Position numbers and translations under genes: made by a program. The notes under the pieces are model-generated. The model searched no databases. It was not told the DNA's origin and saw nothing but the letters and a program-made list of their open reading frames with translations. Shown in pieces: positions 1 through 12,639 of a stretch of DNA of 64,000 nt; position 1 is the stretch's first letter, and each line of letters opens with the position of its first letter. The DNA comes from Squalus acanthias (Eukaryota): the NCBI GenBank assembly GCA_030390025.1, contig CM059427.1:14136001-14200000 (forward strand), read 5' to 3'.

Positions 1-199
1 AATTGAACAAATAAATCAGAATATCAATGTAACATTATTTTATGCATTATTTAATCCTGACTGCCTGCAGTCTGCACATGATATAGCCATAGTGTGCCAC
101 AAAGTACTTAATCATCTGTTTGTACTCATGCCTACAGCTTTCAATCACTTTCAGAGTCAGAAATCCATTAAGCATTTTAAAGGAATTAATTGGAGCAGA

Positions 200-1075
200 A
201 TTAATTATTTTTGACGGGCCATGGTGCATCCAGCAGATCTAATATTCCATGAGGAACAAAATATTCTAACCTCTTAGATTTTTTTGACAACTGCTAATTT
301 ATCATTCATATCCTCTTGTATTACTATGAAGATGTAAGTGAAATAGTCAGTCTCTTGACTTTTGTATTATACGATTGACAACAGTGGATCCCAGCTCAAA
401 CTTTAAACTCTTCGGAGAGGTAGCCAATTGTAAAGACAGAGTTGCTTAAGCTGGCATATCATGCTTTGAATGCTTCCGTTACTTCTTCAGGAATGTTGTA
501 GTATGTATGAGAGAGAGCCTAGTCTTGATCAGTTGAGTCAAAGGCTTATTTGAAATTAATGAAAGTGCCAAAAAGGTTATTGGTCAGTACATCCCTCAAT
601 AACTGCTCAGAATGTATATTTGGTCAAGGAAACTTGCCCCTGTGCAGAAATACAACTGTGTTTGTCTACACGATAGAGTCAATAACCCATTTTATTCTGT
701 TAAGCAGAATTCTATTAAAATTCGTATGAATCTTATTAAAAATCTCTCATGAGAATGATTCCTTTGTAGTTTGACATTAAACAAAAGGCCATCTTTCTAG
801 GCGGGGCACAGTTTAATTTGTCACTCACTGTTAGGATATTTCCTGATAGTCAGTGGCATGTTGACAGATCTCTTGAATAGTTTACAGTATGAAATCCTGG
901 CCAGTTCAGGACTTTCGCATTTAATTGCAGTCACATCCAGTAGTGTTGACATATTTTAGCTGTTCAGTTGTCGTCTTTGTCTCAGATGGTGAGGTTCGTG
1001 GTGCTGATAGTGTGTTTTTAGCACTCGGTTCAGGATGGAAAACTGTTGTGTAAAAGCCAATATCCTGTAGCACTA
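200..1075 (-). mobile_element. Ancient, heavily decayed RTE-clade LINE reverse transcriptase fragment
   Basis: Manual minus-strand translation across stops and frameshifts gives RT motifs in the expected order: SNYKGIIL, NRILLNRIK, DQIYIL, TFINFK*AFDS, YYNIPEEVTEAFK. Boundaries are approximate. Confidence 0.6.
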
Positions 1076-1178
1076 AGAAGCACGCATATCATTCACTAAG
1101 TAGCTCAGTTGTGATTTTTTTTTCAAATGTTGCTTTTTATATGTTGTCACCATCCTTATAAAAATTATAGAGACACAG

Positions 1179-1900
1179 GGGGAGAAATTCAGCAGCACCC
1201 AGGAAGGGGCGCTAACTTTTGAGAAGTTGGAAGTTTATCACCAGGTGCTAATCAATCTCTCTGCTGCTAAATTCAGTCTCAGCACTCAAAGAATGCAGGG
1301 GAGCACTAAATCAGGCGCTAATGGCGTTAGGCTCCAAACGATAACGAATATGAGGTGTTGTGTAATCGGGAGTGAGCATTGACGCAGGCACCTTCCAGCC
1401 ATTAAAGGGGAGGGTCACCGGAGTCTGCACACCAGCCCCCAATGATTCAGTGAGTGCAGAACGGCGATATGATGTGGGATGAAATGAAAAAGTACTTTGA
1501 CGGCCCGCAACACTCCGGCGACTAAGCAGCCTTGATTTGGCTGCAGATACATCCTGCGCTCTCTGACACTCATAACTGACCTTTGGAACGGAAGTTCCTT
1601 GACAGCTTGGGCGCATCCCTTTAAATATTGACCCGCCATCCGCCAGCCGGCTGCTTCATGCCTCCGCTCCCTGGTGTTGTTGGCGCGAGGCGGTAAGGCG
1701 GGGGGCACTACTGAAGTTTGCCGATCGGGTGCCCAGCGAGCGTTGCACACTCACTGACGTCATGATCTGTATGGCGAAAGGGACCGAGGCACTAACTGTT
1801 ATCACCGGCACTACGGGGCCGGCGAATTTGCCGTGCGGCGTGGGGTTCACATCCGCCGCGGCGCTAACTGGGGGTGCTAACCTACTGAATTTCTAGCCGA
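1179..1900. mobile_element. Non-autonomous Harbinger-like element (MITE), about 720 bp
   Basis: GC/CpG-rich island in AT-rich DNA, bounded by imperfect inverted ends GGGGAGAAATTCAG ... CTGAATTTCTAGCC, with many GCGCTAA/TTAGCGC-type subterminal motifs. The TSD is ambiguous (CAG/CAA). Confidence 0.55.
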
Positions 1901-2160
1901 CAAGTTATAAAAATGTCTCATTATTGAAGCTGAATTCAGTGTCTGTCAATTTCAGGTCTCTAAAGACTGTGAAATGATTCAATGACAGTAATCATAGTGA
2001 TTGAAATCCTCAATAAGTAGTTAAATTATGCTTTTGCATAATTCCAGAGTTTCATTGCAGGTTTAATGTCACTGTGAAGTGAAAATTGCTTTGCAACAAT
2101 GCTAAACATGCAGTGTAAATGTGCCCTTAATCTCTGACAGGCAACACCAGCATCATTTCA

Positions 2161-3063
2161 AAAGCAAAATACTACGGATGTTGGAAATCGGAAATGAAAA
2201 CAGAAAATGCTGGAAATACTCTGCAGTTCAGGCAGCATCTGTGGAGATAGCATCTGTTCTGACGATGCCATCTTCCACACCAGTGCTTCCGATATGTCTT
2301 CCTTTTTCCTCAACCAAGGATTCCCCTCCATTGTGGTTGACAGGGCCCTCGACCGTGTCCATCCCATTTACAGCACTTCTGCTCTCACCCCTTCCCCTCC
2401 CTCCCAGAACCACGATAGGGTTTCTCTTGTCCTCACCTTCCACCCCACCAGCCTTCATATTCAACGGATCATCCATCATCATTTCTGCCACCTCCAGCGT
2501 GATGCCACTACCCAAACACATCTTCCCCTCCCCCCCCTTTCAGCATTCCGAAGGGACCATTGCCTCTGCGACACCCTGATCGACTCTTCAAGCACTCCCA
2601 ACACCTGCTACTCTTCCCATGGCACCTTCCCGTGCAAGCGCAGGAGATGCAACACCTATCCTTTCACTGCCTTCCTTCCCACTGTCCAGGGCCCCAAACA
2701 CTCCTTCCAGGTGAAATAGCGATTTACTTGTACTTCTTTCAAGTTATTATACAGTATTCGCTGCTCACGATGTGGGGATCCACATTGAGGAGACCAAACA
2801 CAGATTGGGTGATCGCTTTGCTGAACACCTCCGCTCAGTCCGCAAACATCACCCTGAGTTTCTAGTCGCTTGCCATTTTAATTTTCCGTCCCACTCCCGC
2901 TCTGACCTTTCTGACCTCGACCTCGGAACTCTTACACTGTTCCAATGAAGCTCAATGGAAGCTCGAGGAACAGCACCTCGTCTTTCGATTAGGCACTTAA
3001 CAACCTTCCGGACTCAACACTAAGTTCGACAATTTCAGATTATGACCATTGCTCCCATTTTTT
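2161..3063 (+). mobile_element. Penelope-like element family A, 5'-truncated: inverted terminal piece plus RT C-terminus and GIY-YIG remnant
   Basis: ORF 2207-2719 (ICSDD...FLNQGFPSIVVDRAL...LVLTFHP...GTFPCKRRRCNT) is followed by degraded GIY-YIG sequence (IRCSRCG, ETKHRLGDRFAEHLRSV). Bases 2161-2248 match the terminal repeat seen at 12350-12402. Confidence 0.8.
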
Positions 3064-3217
3064 CATGATGCGGAGATGCCGGTGTTGGACTGGGGTGGAC
3101 AAAAGTGAAAAGTCGCACAACACTTCACCTTCACCTGACGAAGGAGCAGCACTCCGAAAGCTTGTGATTTCAAATAAAGCTGTTGGACTATAACCTGGTG
3201 TTGTGCGACTTCTCACA
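3064..3217 (+). mobile_element. Penelope-like element family B terminal-repeat fragment with inverted 5' tail
   Basis: Bases 3129-3217 are nearly identical to the end of the element at 63861-63949. Bases 3064-3123 are an inverted tail matching the reverse complement of 60055-60100. Confidence 0.85.
3131..3167 (+). ncRNA. Minimal type I hammerhead ribozyme (Penelope terminal repeat)
   Basis: TCAC-CTGACGA-A-GGAG(CAGCA)CTCC-GAAA-GC-TT-GTGA: core CUGANGA and GAAA, stem I TCAC/GTGA, stem II GGAG/CTCC, palindromic AGCT in place of stem III. Confidence 0.75.
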
Positions 3218-4959
3218 GTTGTATAATAGGTTAATGATTACTGATCCAGGTCATTTTCCATGCATAAGTTGAAACATTGTGCTAAATTTTCTGAATACAA
3301 TTATGGAGCTAAGAAGGTTGTGGTGTGCGGAGCAGGTGCGCCATAATGCCTGAAGATTGATACCCTTGGGAGGCAGTGGCATGGGTCCCAGCAGGGAAAT
3401 GCAATGCAGAAGACAAGAGAAGCGATTGTGGGACTGTGAGTGGGAATACCTGAATGGAGGAGTGATAACAAAACAGAGGAAAAAAATTACAATGGCTAAC
3501 TTGGTTATACTGACTTACTTCTTAATCACGAAGCAGCCACTACAAAGTAAAGGTATGTTGTTTTATGGACTATAACAATGATTCTACTTTTCAAACTGTT
3601 TTGGCCACATTAAAAATGACAAAACCAAACCAAGTTGTGGGCCTGCATAGTTTTTCCGAAACGTCGACTGAATTCCAATTTTACTGATCCACTCCTTTGG
3701 CTTAAAATTGCTCAGTGAGACCCTTTAGATAACAATAACGTGCAAGAGGCAAGTATGACTTTCAGAAGAAAAAAGGCACTTGCACGACACAAGATTTTGA
3801 TGATAGGGCTGTTAGTCATTGTCAAGTACTGAGCACAGTGTTTCCCTTGAGTGCATAGCTTTTATACGCAAAGCAATACAGTACAGCATGACATTATCAC
3901 CAATCAGAAATTACATGCTGTTACAGATGAAAGCTCTTGGGTGTCCATAAGTGAATTTCACTTAGTTCCCAGGATGTTTCCTGGAGAGTTGTTTAGCACT
4001 TCTTTGAATCAGCCTTGGTTGCTATTCCCTGTACATGAAGAAATTCTTCATTATTTCCATAGCTTTGTCGCAGCTGTTCAAGATGTTCCAGTGTTGAGTT
4101 ATTAAGACTATAAATAAAGTCTGAGATAAGTGTAACTCTTCAATTCTGATATGCAAACCACTGTAAGAAGCAGTCCCTAATCATTGCTGTCCATTCTAAG
4201 ATACTGTAGATGTTTGGGATTAAGTTGTATAGCACATGAGAACACTGTTCTAAATACATTAAACATCGATTCTGAAGCAGTGATGTGATTACCATGGTGC
4301 AGACAGAGGGTAGACATCCATATTGGGTGGTGGTACAAAACAGAGAATAGCAAATCCAGTGGAAAAGAAAATTGAGCGGAGTGTAAAACGAGCTGTCGAT
4401 TTGCGATCGCACATTTTGCATTACGCCGAAGACTAATTTCTAGTGAATGCAAATCTGCTTTTACTGGTAAATACTAAGGACAACATTGTGACATAATTCT
4501 TGCGGTTCAATCCAGTTCTCAGTGGATGTGAGCTCACAGCATAAGTTCCTCTGAATTTCATAGTCCGAATCTGAAAAAGCATGAGAGAGAATTAGTTGCA
4601 TTGTCAGGTCAATGTGATGGGATCACAGCACTTGCAGCTACCCACTAGTTTACCTGAAAGGTGTCGGGGCACTAAAAAAAGTAGAAAGTACTCCACCTTA
4701 CTGTTCAAGGCTCAACACAGCATAAAATAATAATTTTTGAAAATTCAAGACACCCAGTTATTTTGTGAGATATGAAAAATAATGCATAACTGATGTGGAC
4801 CTAATGGCCCATGATCGCTGAAGTCAGCAAAATGGGTAGATAAACATGTCATTTTCCATTTCTACCGTGAAGCCATTGGATACCATTTATTTGGATTATA
4901 TATTTCAATTTTCTTCGAAATGCAGCTGATCCCAGAAGCTTCTCACAGACACTCAGCTG

Positions 4960-5985
4960 TGAACCAGCTCCCCACCCCCCCTCCAGTCACAGAGATCGCT
5001 GTGAGAAGCACCAAACCCCTAGGGCTCGGTCCTGTTGCTCCCTGTTGTCCATGGGGGATGTCATGTACCTCCTTGCTCTGACAAATAATGCCTCAGTCAC
5101 TTGATTTATGCAGCGATGGACTCCAGACTGACTGATGTTACTGATATCTTACTGGCCTCCTGGAAGGAGCCTGAGGCAAAAAAGAAATAAAGGTGGTTGT
5201 CACCTTTGGTGCTACTGGCAGCACTGTGCCTGCCATGGAGTTGAGCTTGAAGTTCTCCTGCAACATATTACAGAACTCTGTTACTTCCTCCCAAGTGAAT
5301 TGGAGCCTCCAAAGGCATTAGTCCTCTATCAGGTCCAGATAATTTTTTTTGTGGCTGATAGATTTAGTTTGCACAGTAACAGCAAGTAGGACCCTTCCTC
5401 CTGCAATGATGCTGAACTTTATCGGCATCCAAAGATTCTTCCTGTTCCTCTTCCACCACCTCTTCCTCCAAGTAACATATGTACAATGATATTCCGAATG
5501 GGACACCCGCTGTGCTAAGGGGCATGGTGGGAGCCAGAAACTGTAACTCCCCTGCTTTTCTTAAAAGCTCCCGGGCACAGGGCAATCCAATCCCAGTGAC
5601 AAACTTACAAATTGTCGTTTCCTAACTGCCCAACAATGATTTATCAGCAACAATCCAAGGTGGTACCTGTCCCTTTAAGTATCTGTGAATTTGAGACGCA
5701 GCCTAACAACTGAGAATGCCCAGTCTATATGGACACCTGACCTGCGACCCATGTAAAGGAATGACATATATGTGGAGACTAGAATAACATCATTTTCAGC
5801 TCTTTTTAAATTTCATTTGCATCTCAGTGTCCGTTTCAGTCACAATCTTTGCTCCTTCTGCCCAAACCGTGACCGGAATTACACACCAAGCGCAAATGGG
5901 GTACAGAGTGAGCGCAAGGGGGCTCCACCTCTTTTTCCTCAGCATAATGCCCCAAAAATAGGCACACACAGAACATTGCCCCCCA
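4960..5985 (-). mobile_element. Old Harbinger remnant (transposase N-terminus plus one end)
   Basis: Minus-strand E-rich leader and a decayed SYLDL/KVTT-like segment resembling the transposase starts of the younger copies in this window; C-rich end near 5985. Boundaries are approximate. Confidence 0.45.
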
Positions 5986-6142
5986 CATTTTGAAGTGACA
6001 TACTTTGTGACAAATACATCAGCAATGGCACAGGAGATTCAATAATATATAAAATAAATGAATAACAGGTACCCAGAAATGAAATATAGAAGTGGACAAC
6101 TAATATTTAAGCTTGGCTCGAGTCAATTGGCTATTTTTGTTA

Positions 6143-6480
6143 GAATAGAGGAGATTACGGGGTGATTTGATGGAGGTGTTTAAAATTATGAGGGGTCGGA
6201 CAGGATAGAGAAACAGACTGTTTTCAGTGGCTGAAAGTGGGGACATAGACAGAAGATTAAATGTAAGAGACTTAGGACGGAAAGCAAAGGGTTGTGAAGC
6301 TGTGAAACGTTCCACCAGAGTAATGAATGAAGCAGAGACTATGTCAACATTTAAGAATAGGTTAGATGGGTGGTTGAAGGAAAGGGATATGGGGACAGTG
6401 TGGGCACATAGGATTAGTAAATCCCATGTGAAGGATGCTCATGTGGAGGATAAACACCAACACAGAACGGTTGGACCAAA
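6143..6480 (+). mobile_element. Old CR1 LINE 3' fragment (the rest of its 3' UTR is at about 8392-8425)
   Basis: Decayed RRLRGDLMEVFKIMRG.DRIEKQTVF and FKNRLDGWL coding remnants. It is interrupted in the 3' UTR by a younger CR1. Confidence 0.65.
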
Positions 6481-8392
6481 CAGTTAAGGCAAACGTAGGT
6501 CCCTTAGAGGATGAGACCGGGAAATTAATGGTGGGAAACATGGAGATGGCAAAAATGCTGAACAAATATTTTGTTTCAGTCTTTACGGTAGAGGACACTA
6601 AGAATATCCCAACACTGGACAAACAGGGGGCTCTAGTGGGGGAGGAGCTAAATACAATTAAAATCACTAAGGAATTGGTACTCAGTAAAATAATGGGACT
6701 CAAGGCGGATAAATCCCCTGGACCTGATGGCTTACATCCTAGGGTCTTGAGGGAAGTGGCAGTAGGGATTGTGGATGCTTTGGTAATAATTTTCCAAAAC
6801 TCCCTGAACTCAGCAAAGGTCCCGGCAGATTGGGGAAACTGCTAATGTAACACCCTTATTTAAAAAGGGTTGTAGGCAGAAGGCTGGAAATTATAGACCA
6901 GTTAGCCTAACATCTGTGGTGGGTAAAATTTTGGAGTCTATTATTGAGGAGACAGTAACAGAACATTTAGATAAACATAATTTAATAGGACAAAGTCAGC
7001 ATGGCTTTATGAAGGGGAAGTCAGGTCTGACAAATTTGCTCGAGTTCTTTGAGGACATAACGTACAGGGTGGATAAAGGGGAACCAGTGGATGTAGTGTA
7101 TTTAGACTTCCAGAAGGCATTCCACAAGGTGCCACATAAAAGATTATTACTCAAGATAAAAAATCATTGGATTGGGGGTAATATTCTGGCATGGGTGGAG
7201 GATTGGTTATCTAACAGGAAGCAGAGAGTTGGGATAAATGGTTCATTCTCGGACTGGCAACCAGTAGCCAGTGGTGTTCCGCAGGGGGTCGGTGCTGGGT
7301 CCCCAACTCTTTACAATCTATATTAACGAATTGGAGGAGGGGACCAAGTGTAACATATCAAAGTTTGCAGATGATACAAAGATGGGAGGGAAAGTAGAGA
7401 GTGAGGAGGACATAAAAAACCTACAAGGGGATATAGACAGGCTGGGTGAGTGGGCAGAGATTTGGCAGATGCAATACAATATTGGAAAATGTGAGGTTAT
7501 GCACTTTGGCAGGAAAAATCAGAGAGCAAGTTATTATCTTAATGGCGAGAAACTGGAAAGTACTGCAGTACAAAGGGATCTGGGGTCTTGGTGCAAGAAA
7601 ATCAAAAAGTTAGTATGCAGGTGCAGCGGGTGATCAAGAAAGCCAATGGAATGTTGGCTTTTATTGCTAGGGGGATAGAATATAAAAACAGGGAGGTATT
7701 GCTGCAGTTGTATAGGGTATTGGTGAGACCGCACCTGGAGTACTGCATACAGTTTTGGTGTCCATACTTAAGAAAAGACATACTTGCTCTCGAGGCAGTA
7801 CAAAGAAGGTTCACTCGGTTAATTCCGGGGATGAGGGGGTGGACATACGAGGAGAGGTTGAGTAGATTGGGACTCTACTCATTGGAGTTCAGAAGAATGA
7901 GAGGCGATCTTATTGAAACATATAAGATTGTGAAGGGGCTTGATCGGGTGGACGCGGCGAGGATGTTCCCAATGATGGGTGAAACTAGAACTAGGGGACA
8001 TAATCTTAGAATAAGGGGCTCCTCTTTCAAAACTGAGATGAGGAGAAACTTTTTCACTCAGAGGGTAGTGGGTCTGTGGAATTTGCTACCCCAGGAAGCT
8101 GTGGAAGCTACTTCATTAAATAAATTTAAAACAGAAATAGACCATTTCCTAGAAGTAAAGGGAATCAGGGGTTACGGGGAGCGGGCTGGAAATTGGACAT
8201 GAGTTTGAGTTCAGATCGGTCAAGGCCCTGTGGGTGGCGGAGCGGGCCCAGGGGCCGAGTGGCCTGGTCCTGCTCCTACTTCTTGTGTTCTTTAGAGTTG
8301 AGGTTGGATCAGATCAGCCATGATCTCATTGAATGGCGGAGCAGGCTCGAGGGGCCGATTGGTCTACTCCTGCTCCTATTTCTTCTTATGTT
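6481..8392 (+). mobile_element. CR1 LINE, 5'-truncated, frameshifted ORF2, tandemly duplicated 3' UTR
   Basis: ORFs 6435-6845, 6916-7326, 7271-7633 and 7588-8202 give KSPGPDGLHPRVL, QHGFMKG, YLDFQKAF, GSVLGP, FADDTK and VRPHLEYC, linked by about three frameshifts. The CR1 3' UTR is present twice (8211-8292, 8309-8392). Confidence 0.95.
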
Positions 8393-8924
8393 TCCCTCTT
8401 GTAGTTTCCATGTAATTCTATGTCTGACTCTGTCTTGACCCACTAGCCAAAAAAAGTTACTATTGAAAATCAACCCACAGCTCCATCTAGGGTATTTACT
8501 TAATGCTTCACATAAGAATAGCAGCTAGTTAAAAATCCAATTTAATATAAACTTTGCTAACTGATTATTTTAATTCAAATTTTTTTTAAGCAACACAGGT
8601 TGATAGTCTATCAATCATTCACTTAATAAAAGTAAATTCAAATCAACTTATAGCATTGCTTTGATAATTTCATTTCACTTTTCCTCCATGTCTTTGTGTT
8701 TTATAATCTGAGGTAGATATTATTTACCTATCTTGAATTAAACTCTGCACTTTTTGCTGCTCCATTTGCTGCTCTTTCTCTCTAACCTGTTCTTTGTTTT
8801 GTGACTGACGATTCCTTCAATTTGGATTCTCAACTCTTCTCTTTGCTGGCACATGGAGATTTTCATGCCAACAACTACTTTGTAAGACTGTGATGTCTCA
8901 GTCATTACCTCAAAAATTAAACAA

Positions 8925-9530
8925 CAGAGATCTTTGAAGATGGCAGGACAAGTTGAGAAGGCTGTTAAAAGGCAAACCTTTATAAAACACTGGATAGGCC
9001 CCAGTTGGAGTATTGTTTCCAATTCGGGGCACCACACTTTAGGAAGTATGTCATGGCCCTAGAGAGGGTGCAGAGGAGATTTACTAGATTGGTACCAGGG
9101 ATAAAAGACTTCAGTTATGTGGATAGACTAGAGCAGAGAAGGTTAAGGGGAAATTTGATAGAGGTGTTCAAAATCCTGAAGGGTTTTGATAGAGTGAATA
9201 AGGAGAATCTGTTTACAGTGGCAGAAGTGGCGGTAACCAGAGGAGACAGATTTAAGATAATTGGCTAAAGAACCAGAGGTGACATAAGAGAAAAAAAATT
9301 ACACAGCGAGTTGTTATGATCTGGAATGCATTGTCTGAAAGGGTGGCGGAAGCAGTTTCAATAATAACTTTCAAAACGGAATTGGATAAATACTTGCAGG
9401 GGATAATGTTCCAGGGCTATGGGAAAGAGCAGGGGAGTGAGACTAATTGGATAGCTCTTTCAAAGAGCCGACACAGGCACAATGGGCCCAATTGCCTCCT
9501 TCTGTGCTGTATCATTTTATGATTCTATAT
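8925..9530 (+). mobile_element. CR1 LINE 3' fragment, older and internally deleted
   Basis: ORFs 9005-9268 (LEYCFQFGAPHFRK...LERVQRRFTRLVPG) and 9316-9522, followed by a 3' UTR and degraded tail. Confidence 0.85.
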
Positions 9531-12346
9531 AGAGATGCAATACAATAATATAGCATCAAGTCAGAAACAGTATTTGCAAATATCTGCATACATCCTGCAC
9601 ACTATTCCAAAATACACATAAATGCCTCAGTCATAATTATTGTCCTGACTCCCAAACAAGAAATTACTGTTTAAACAACATAGATTTACCAGCCAAGTAG
9701 TGAACAATAGTTCAGCATTAAATCGGATTTGATTACATCCCTCAGAGATTTGACAAAACATTCATTCTAAAAAATAAGTCAGACATAAAAGCAACATTGG
9801 TCTTTCTTAGCCTGACAGAAGCATCAATCTGATGTCTGCTGAAATCAGTTTATTAAAAAGCTCAGTAAAACTCAGAGAAAGGCCAACAGCCGACTACATT
9901 ATAATGAAGACAACTGACCAAAATCTACCGGGTCCCACACTGACGCTTCAGGAAGGCTGCTGTGCACACTCCGCCATACCGCCCGCTCGATTAATACGCA
10001 AGACCAAAATTCCCCCATCCCCTTGTCTTTCTTTGAAAGTGGACTGAAAGTTTGTATTCTAAGTGTGCATTCCACGCTGGGAGCTCACTATGAATGTGCA
10101 ATTAGGGCCAACCCTGAACGATCTAGCAGGGTTGGCCATGTGCAGTACATACCACGTGCAAAGCCCACTGCACAGCATTTACTCTGAAGAAGCCATTGGC
10201 CTTCCTATTCGAATAATATTAAATGCTGAATTACAGACATATTGTCATCTGTATTTCTGTCTCCATGGATTTCAAACTAGCTTCTTATATAGATCAAGGG
10301 TTGATAACTCAAGCAGAGTTCAAAGTTGTGATGATCCAAATTGCATTCTTTTAATAATATAATACCTTGCTATCGTTGAGACTCTCACCTATATGTTTAA
10401 GGCCTCAGTTTTTTCCTCTTATGGTGCTGGAACACATTGTAATGTAAATTCATTTCCTAAGATTCCCAACATTGCAAACAAATTTTGCTAGATGTTGTAA
10501 ATTTAAAATATATTTTGCTGCTAACCTTTTTGCGGCAGTGACCAATTTTGCCCTTTGAACAAGGTTAGGATCGGAAAACGAGATAGCCAAGAGTTAAGAA
10601 ATTCTATTTTTTTGTTTTTCTTTAAAAATCAATGAGGAGCATTTTAGGACTTGAAACTTGCTTTGCGCAAGAGACTGATGTTTACAAAGTTTTGTTTTAT
10701 TAATTCAGCACAGAGACGAGCTTATTCTGTGTCTGGTCCTTGCTTCTCCACAATTTTAAAATGCACTGTACCAATGTCACGGAAGATCAGATGACAGTTT
10801 GCAAAAACTATTGGAGTATGGCATGACTTAGTATAGTGGTAGCTTCCTACCATTAGTGCTAAAAGTAAGGTATCACATAGTTGGTACAAGTGTATGTTTT
10901 GATACAGCCAAAATTAAAACCTCCTTTGTACATTATTTATACCTAACAGAATTATTTATTAATTCTGAGAACTTTCTGTTCCTTGGCAAGCAGCAAAATA
11001 AATATTAGTCTCGTACCATAAGCATAATTCAATTTAAATGAAAGATATAATGAATAAGTTACAAATCTTTCCCAAAGCTTGTTTCTCTTGTTTATAAATG
11101 TATTTGTTTTTAACTTTTAAAAAAATACAGCCTGTTATTACAGACTAATACTTCTGCTAAATACCACAATATACAAATATAATACAGATATGGATATAAA
11201 TGATAACAATTCTCAGCTTACAAATTATACTTTACAATATTCAAAAGCTTTTTTAGGGATGTGCACACAATAGGGGCTATTCCCCAACTTGGCATTCCAA
11301 ACGGGAAGCAGCATTTGCAGGGGTGCAGCTTGGGAAATTGCGGAACAGCTGCTTGTAACTTTTCATCCATTAAAATAAATGATGGAATATTACTGGCTGC
11401 AGGTTTGTGATTTCTCAGCCCGCACTCAATGCCTATGAGGTTGTGTGGAGGCCTTTACAACCCTAGTCTTCACCTGCAACTATTCCATCACTCACATCCT
11501 TACACACTTTGACCCCACTAAAAGTCTCACATGGTATGTAATTTGCTTGGTCCATGCACTTATCCCCATGTTGATTCCAGTATTTGACCATGTCTCATAG
11601 CAATCAGGCATCATTCTTGCTTATTACATTCTTTTTGCAAGAGAATAGAGCCCATTGCAAGAGAGAGAGATTGGTGACAGGTAAAGGGCACTCAAACCTC
11701 TGCCCTCTCACCCCTTATCTGGAAGAAGCATTGGCGCTTCAGGGTAAGGAGGCCATAGATAGTATCACAGATGGGGAAGCAGGAGGGCACATGGCAGTGC
11801 AAGCTTGTCATGAAATTCTGCTTCTCTTTCTTTTGTAATCTGCATTAGCTGTCAGCAAATTAGATCATGAAAACCTCACGTCACTCCGACTGAAAGTGAC
11901 ATGTAAGCTTTGCTCCTTAACAACTCATTCTAAGCTTTCTTCCTCTTACCCTTTTAGATGCACCTGATCAAGAAACAGCAGAAGAAAAAAAAATCAGACC
12001 CGTCTGCATCTAATGATGTTGCTACTTCACAGCATAAACTGTCACTCACTTTCGAGTACCAGCCCAGGAATTAAAGAGTGGGACAGAGGAGAGTGTGTGA
12101 GATTTTAAAAAAAGAGCATTAGCGGACAGGAACAGGTGGGACATGAGGAAGATATTGCTGACTGTAGGGTTAGGAGATATTGCCCTTCAGCTGAAGATCA
12201 TGGGGACACAGATCTCATGGGTTTTATGTTTAAAAGGAGAATACTTGCAGAGCATGAAATGTGCAGACACTGGGGTGGGGGATGGTTTCTGAAAATGTGC
12301 AGCAGATAGCGGGTCAATTGGAGGAGTCTGCTACCTGTAGTATCCT

Positions 12347-12639
12347 AAATAACAACAGAAAACGCTGGAAAAACTCAGCAGGCCAGGCAGCATCCGTGGA
12401 GAGAGAAACAGAGTTAACGTTTCAGGTCGAAAACCTTTCGTCAGAACTGGAAAAACGCAGGAAATGAAATAGATTTAAAGCAAGGATAAAGCTGGGAAAA
12501 GGGGGAGGGGATGAAAGAACAAAAGGAGAGATTAAGGGACATTGAGAGACATTAAAAGATAATCAAGGCAAGAGGAGGTGTTAATGTGACAGGTTGAGGC
12601 TAAAAGAAGTGTGAAATGCACTGGCAGAATGAAGGACAG
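12347..12639 (-). mobile_element. Penelope-like element family A terminal-repeat fragment
   Basis: Flanked by a 12-bp TSD CTGTAGTATCCT (12335-12346 and 12640-12651); contains a hammerhead motif; shares sequence with 2190-2248. Confidence 0.85.
12412..12448 (-). ncRNA. Minimal type I hammerhead ribozyme (family A variant)
   Basis: Minus strand reads AGTT-CTGACGA-A-AGGT(TTTCG)ACCT-GAAA-CG-TT-AACT: stem I AGTT/AACT, stem II AGGT/ACCT, palindromic ACGT. Confidence 0.8.

Noticed and set aside
3655-3672. CCGAAACGTCGACT, resembling the 3' half of a Penelope hammerhead
   Set aside because: No upstream CTGANGA or stem II is recognisable; at most a decayed remnant.
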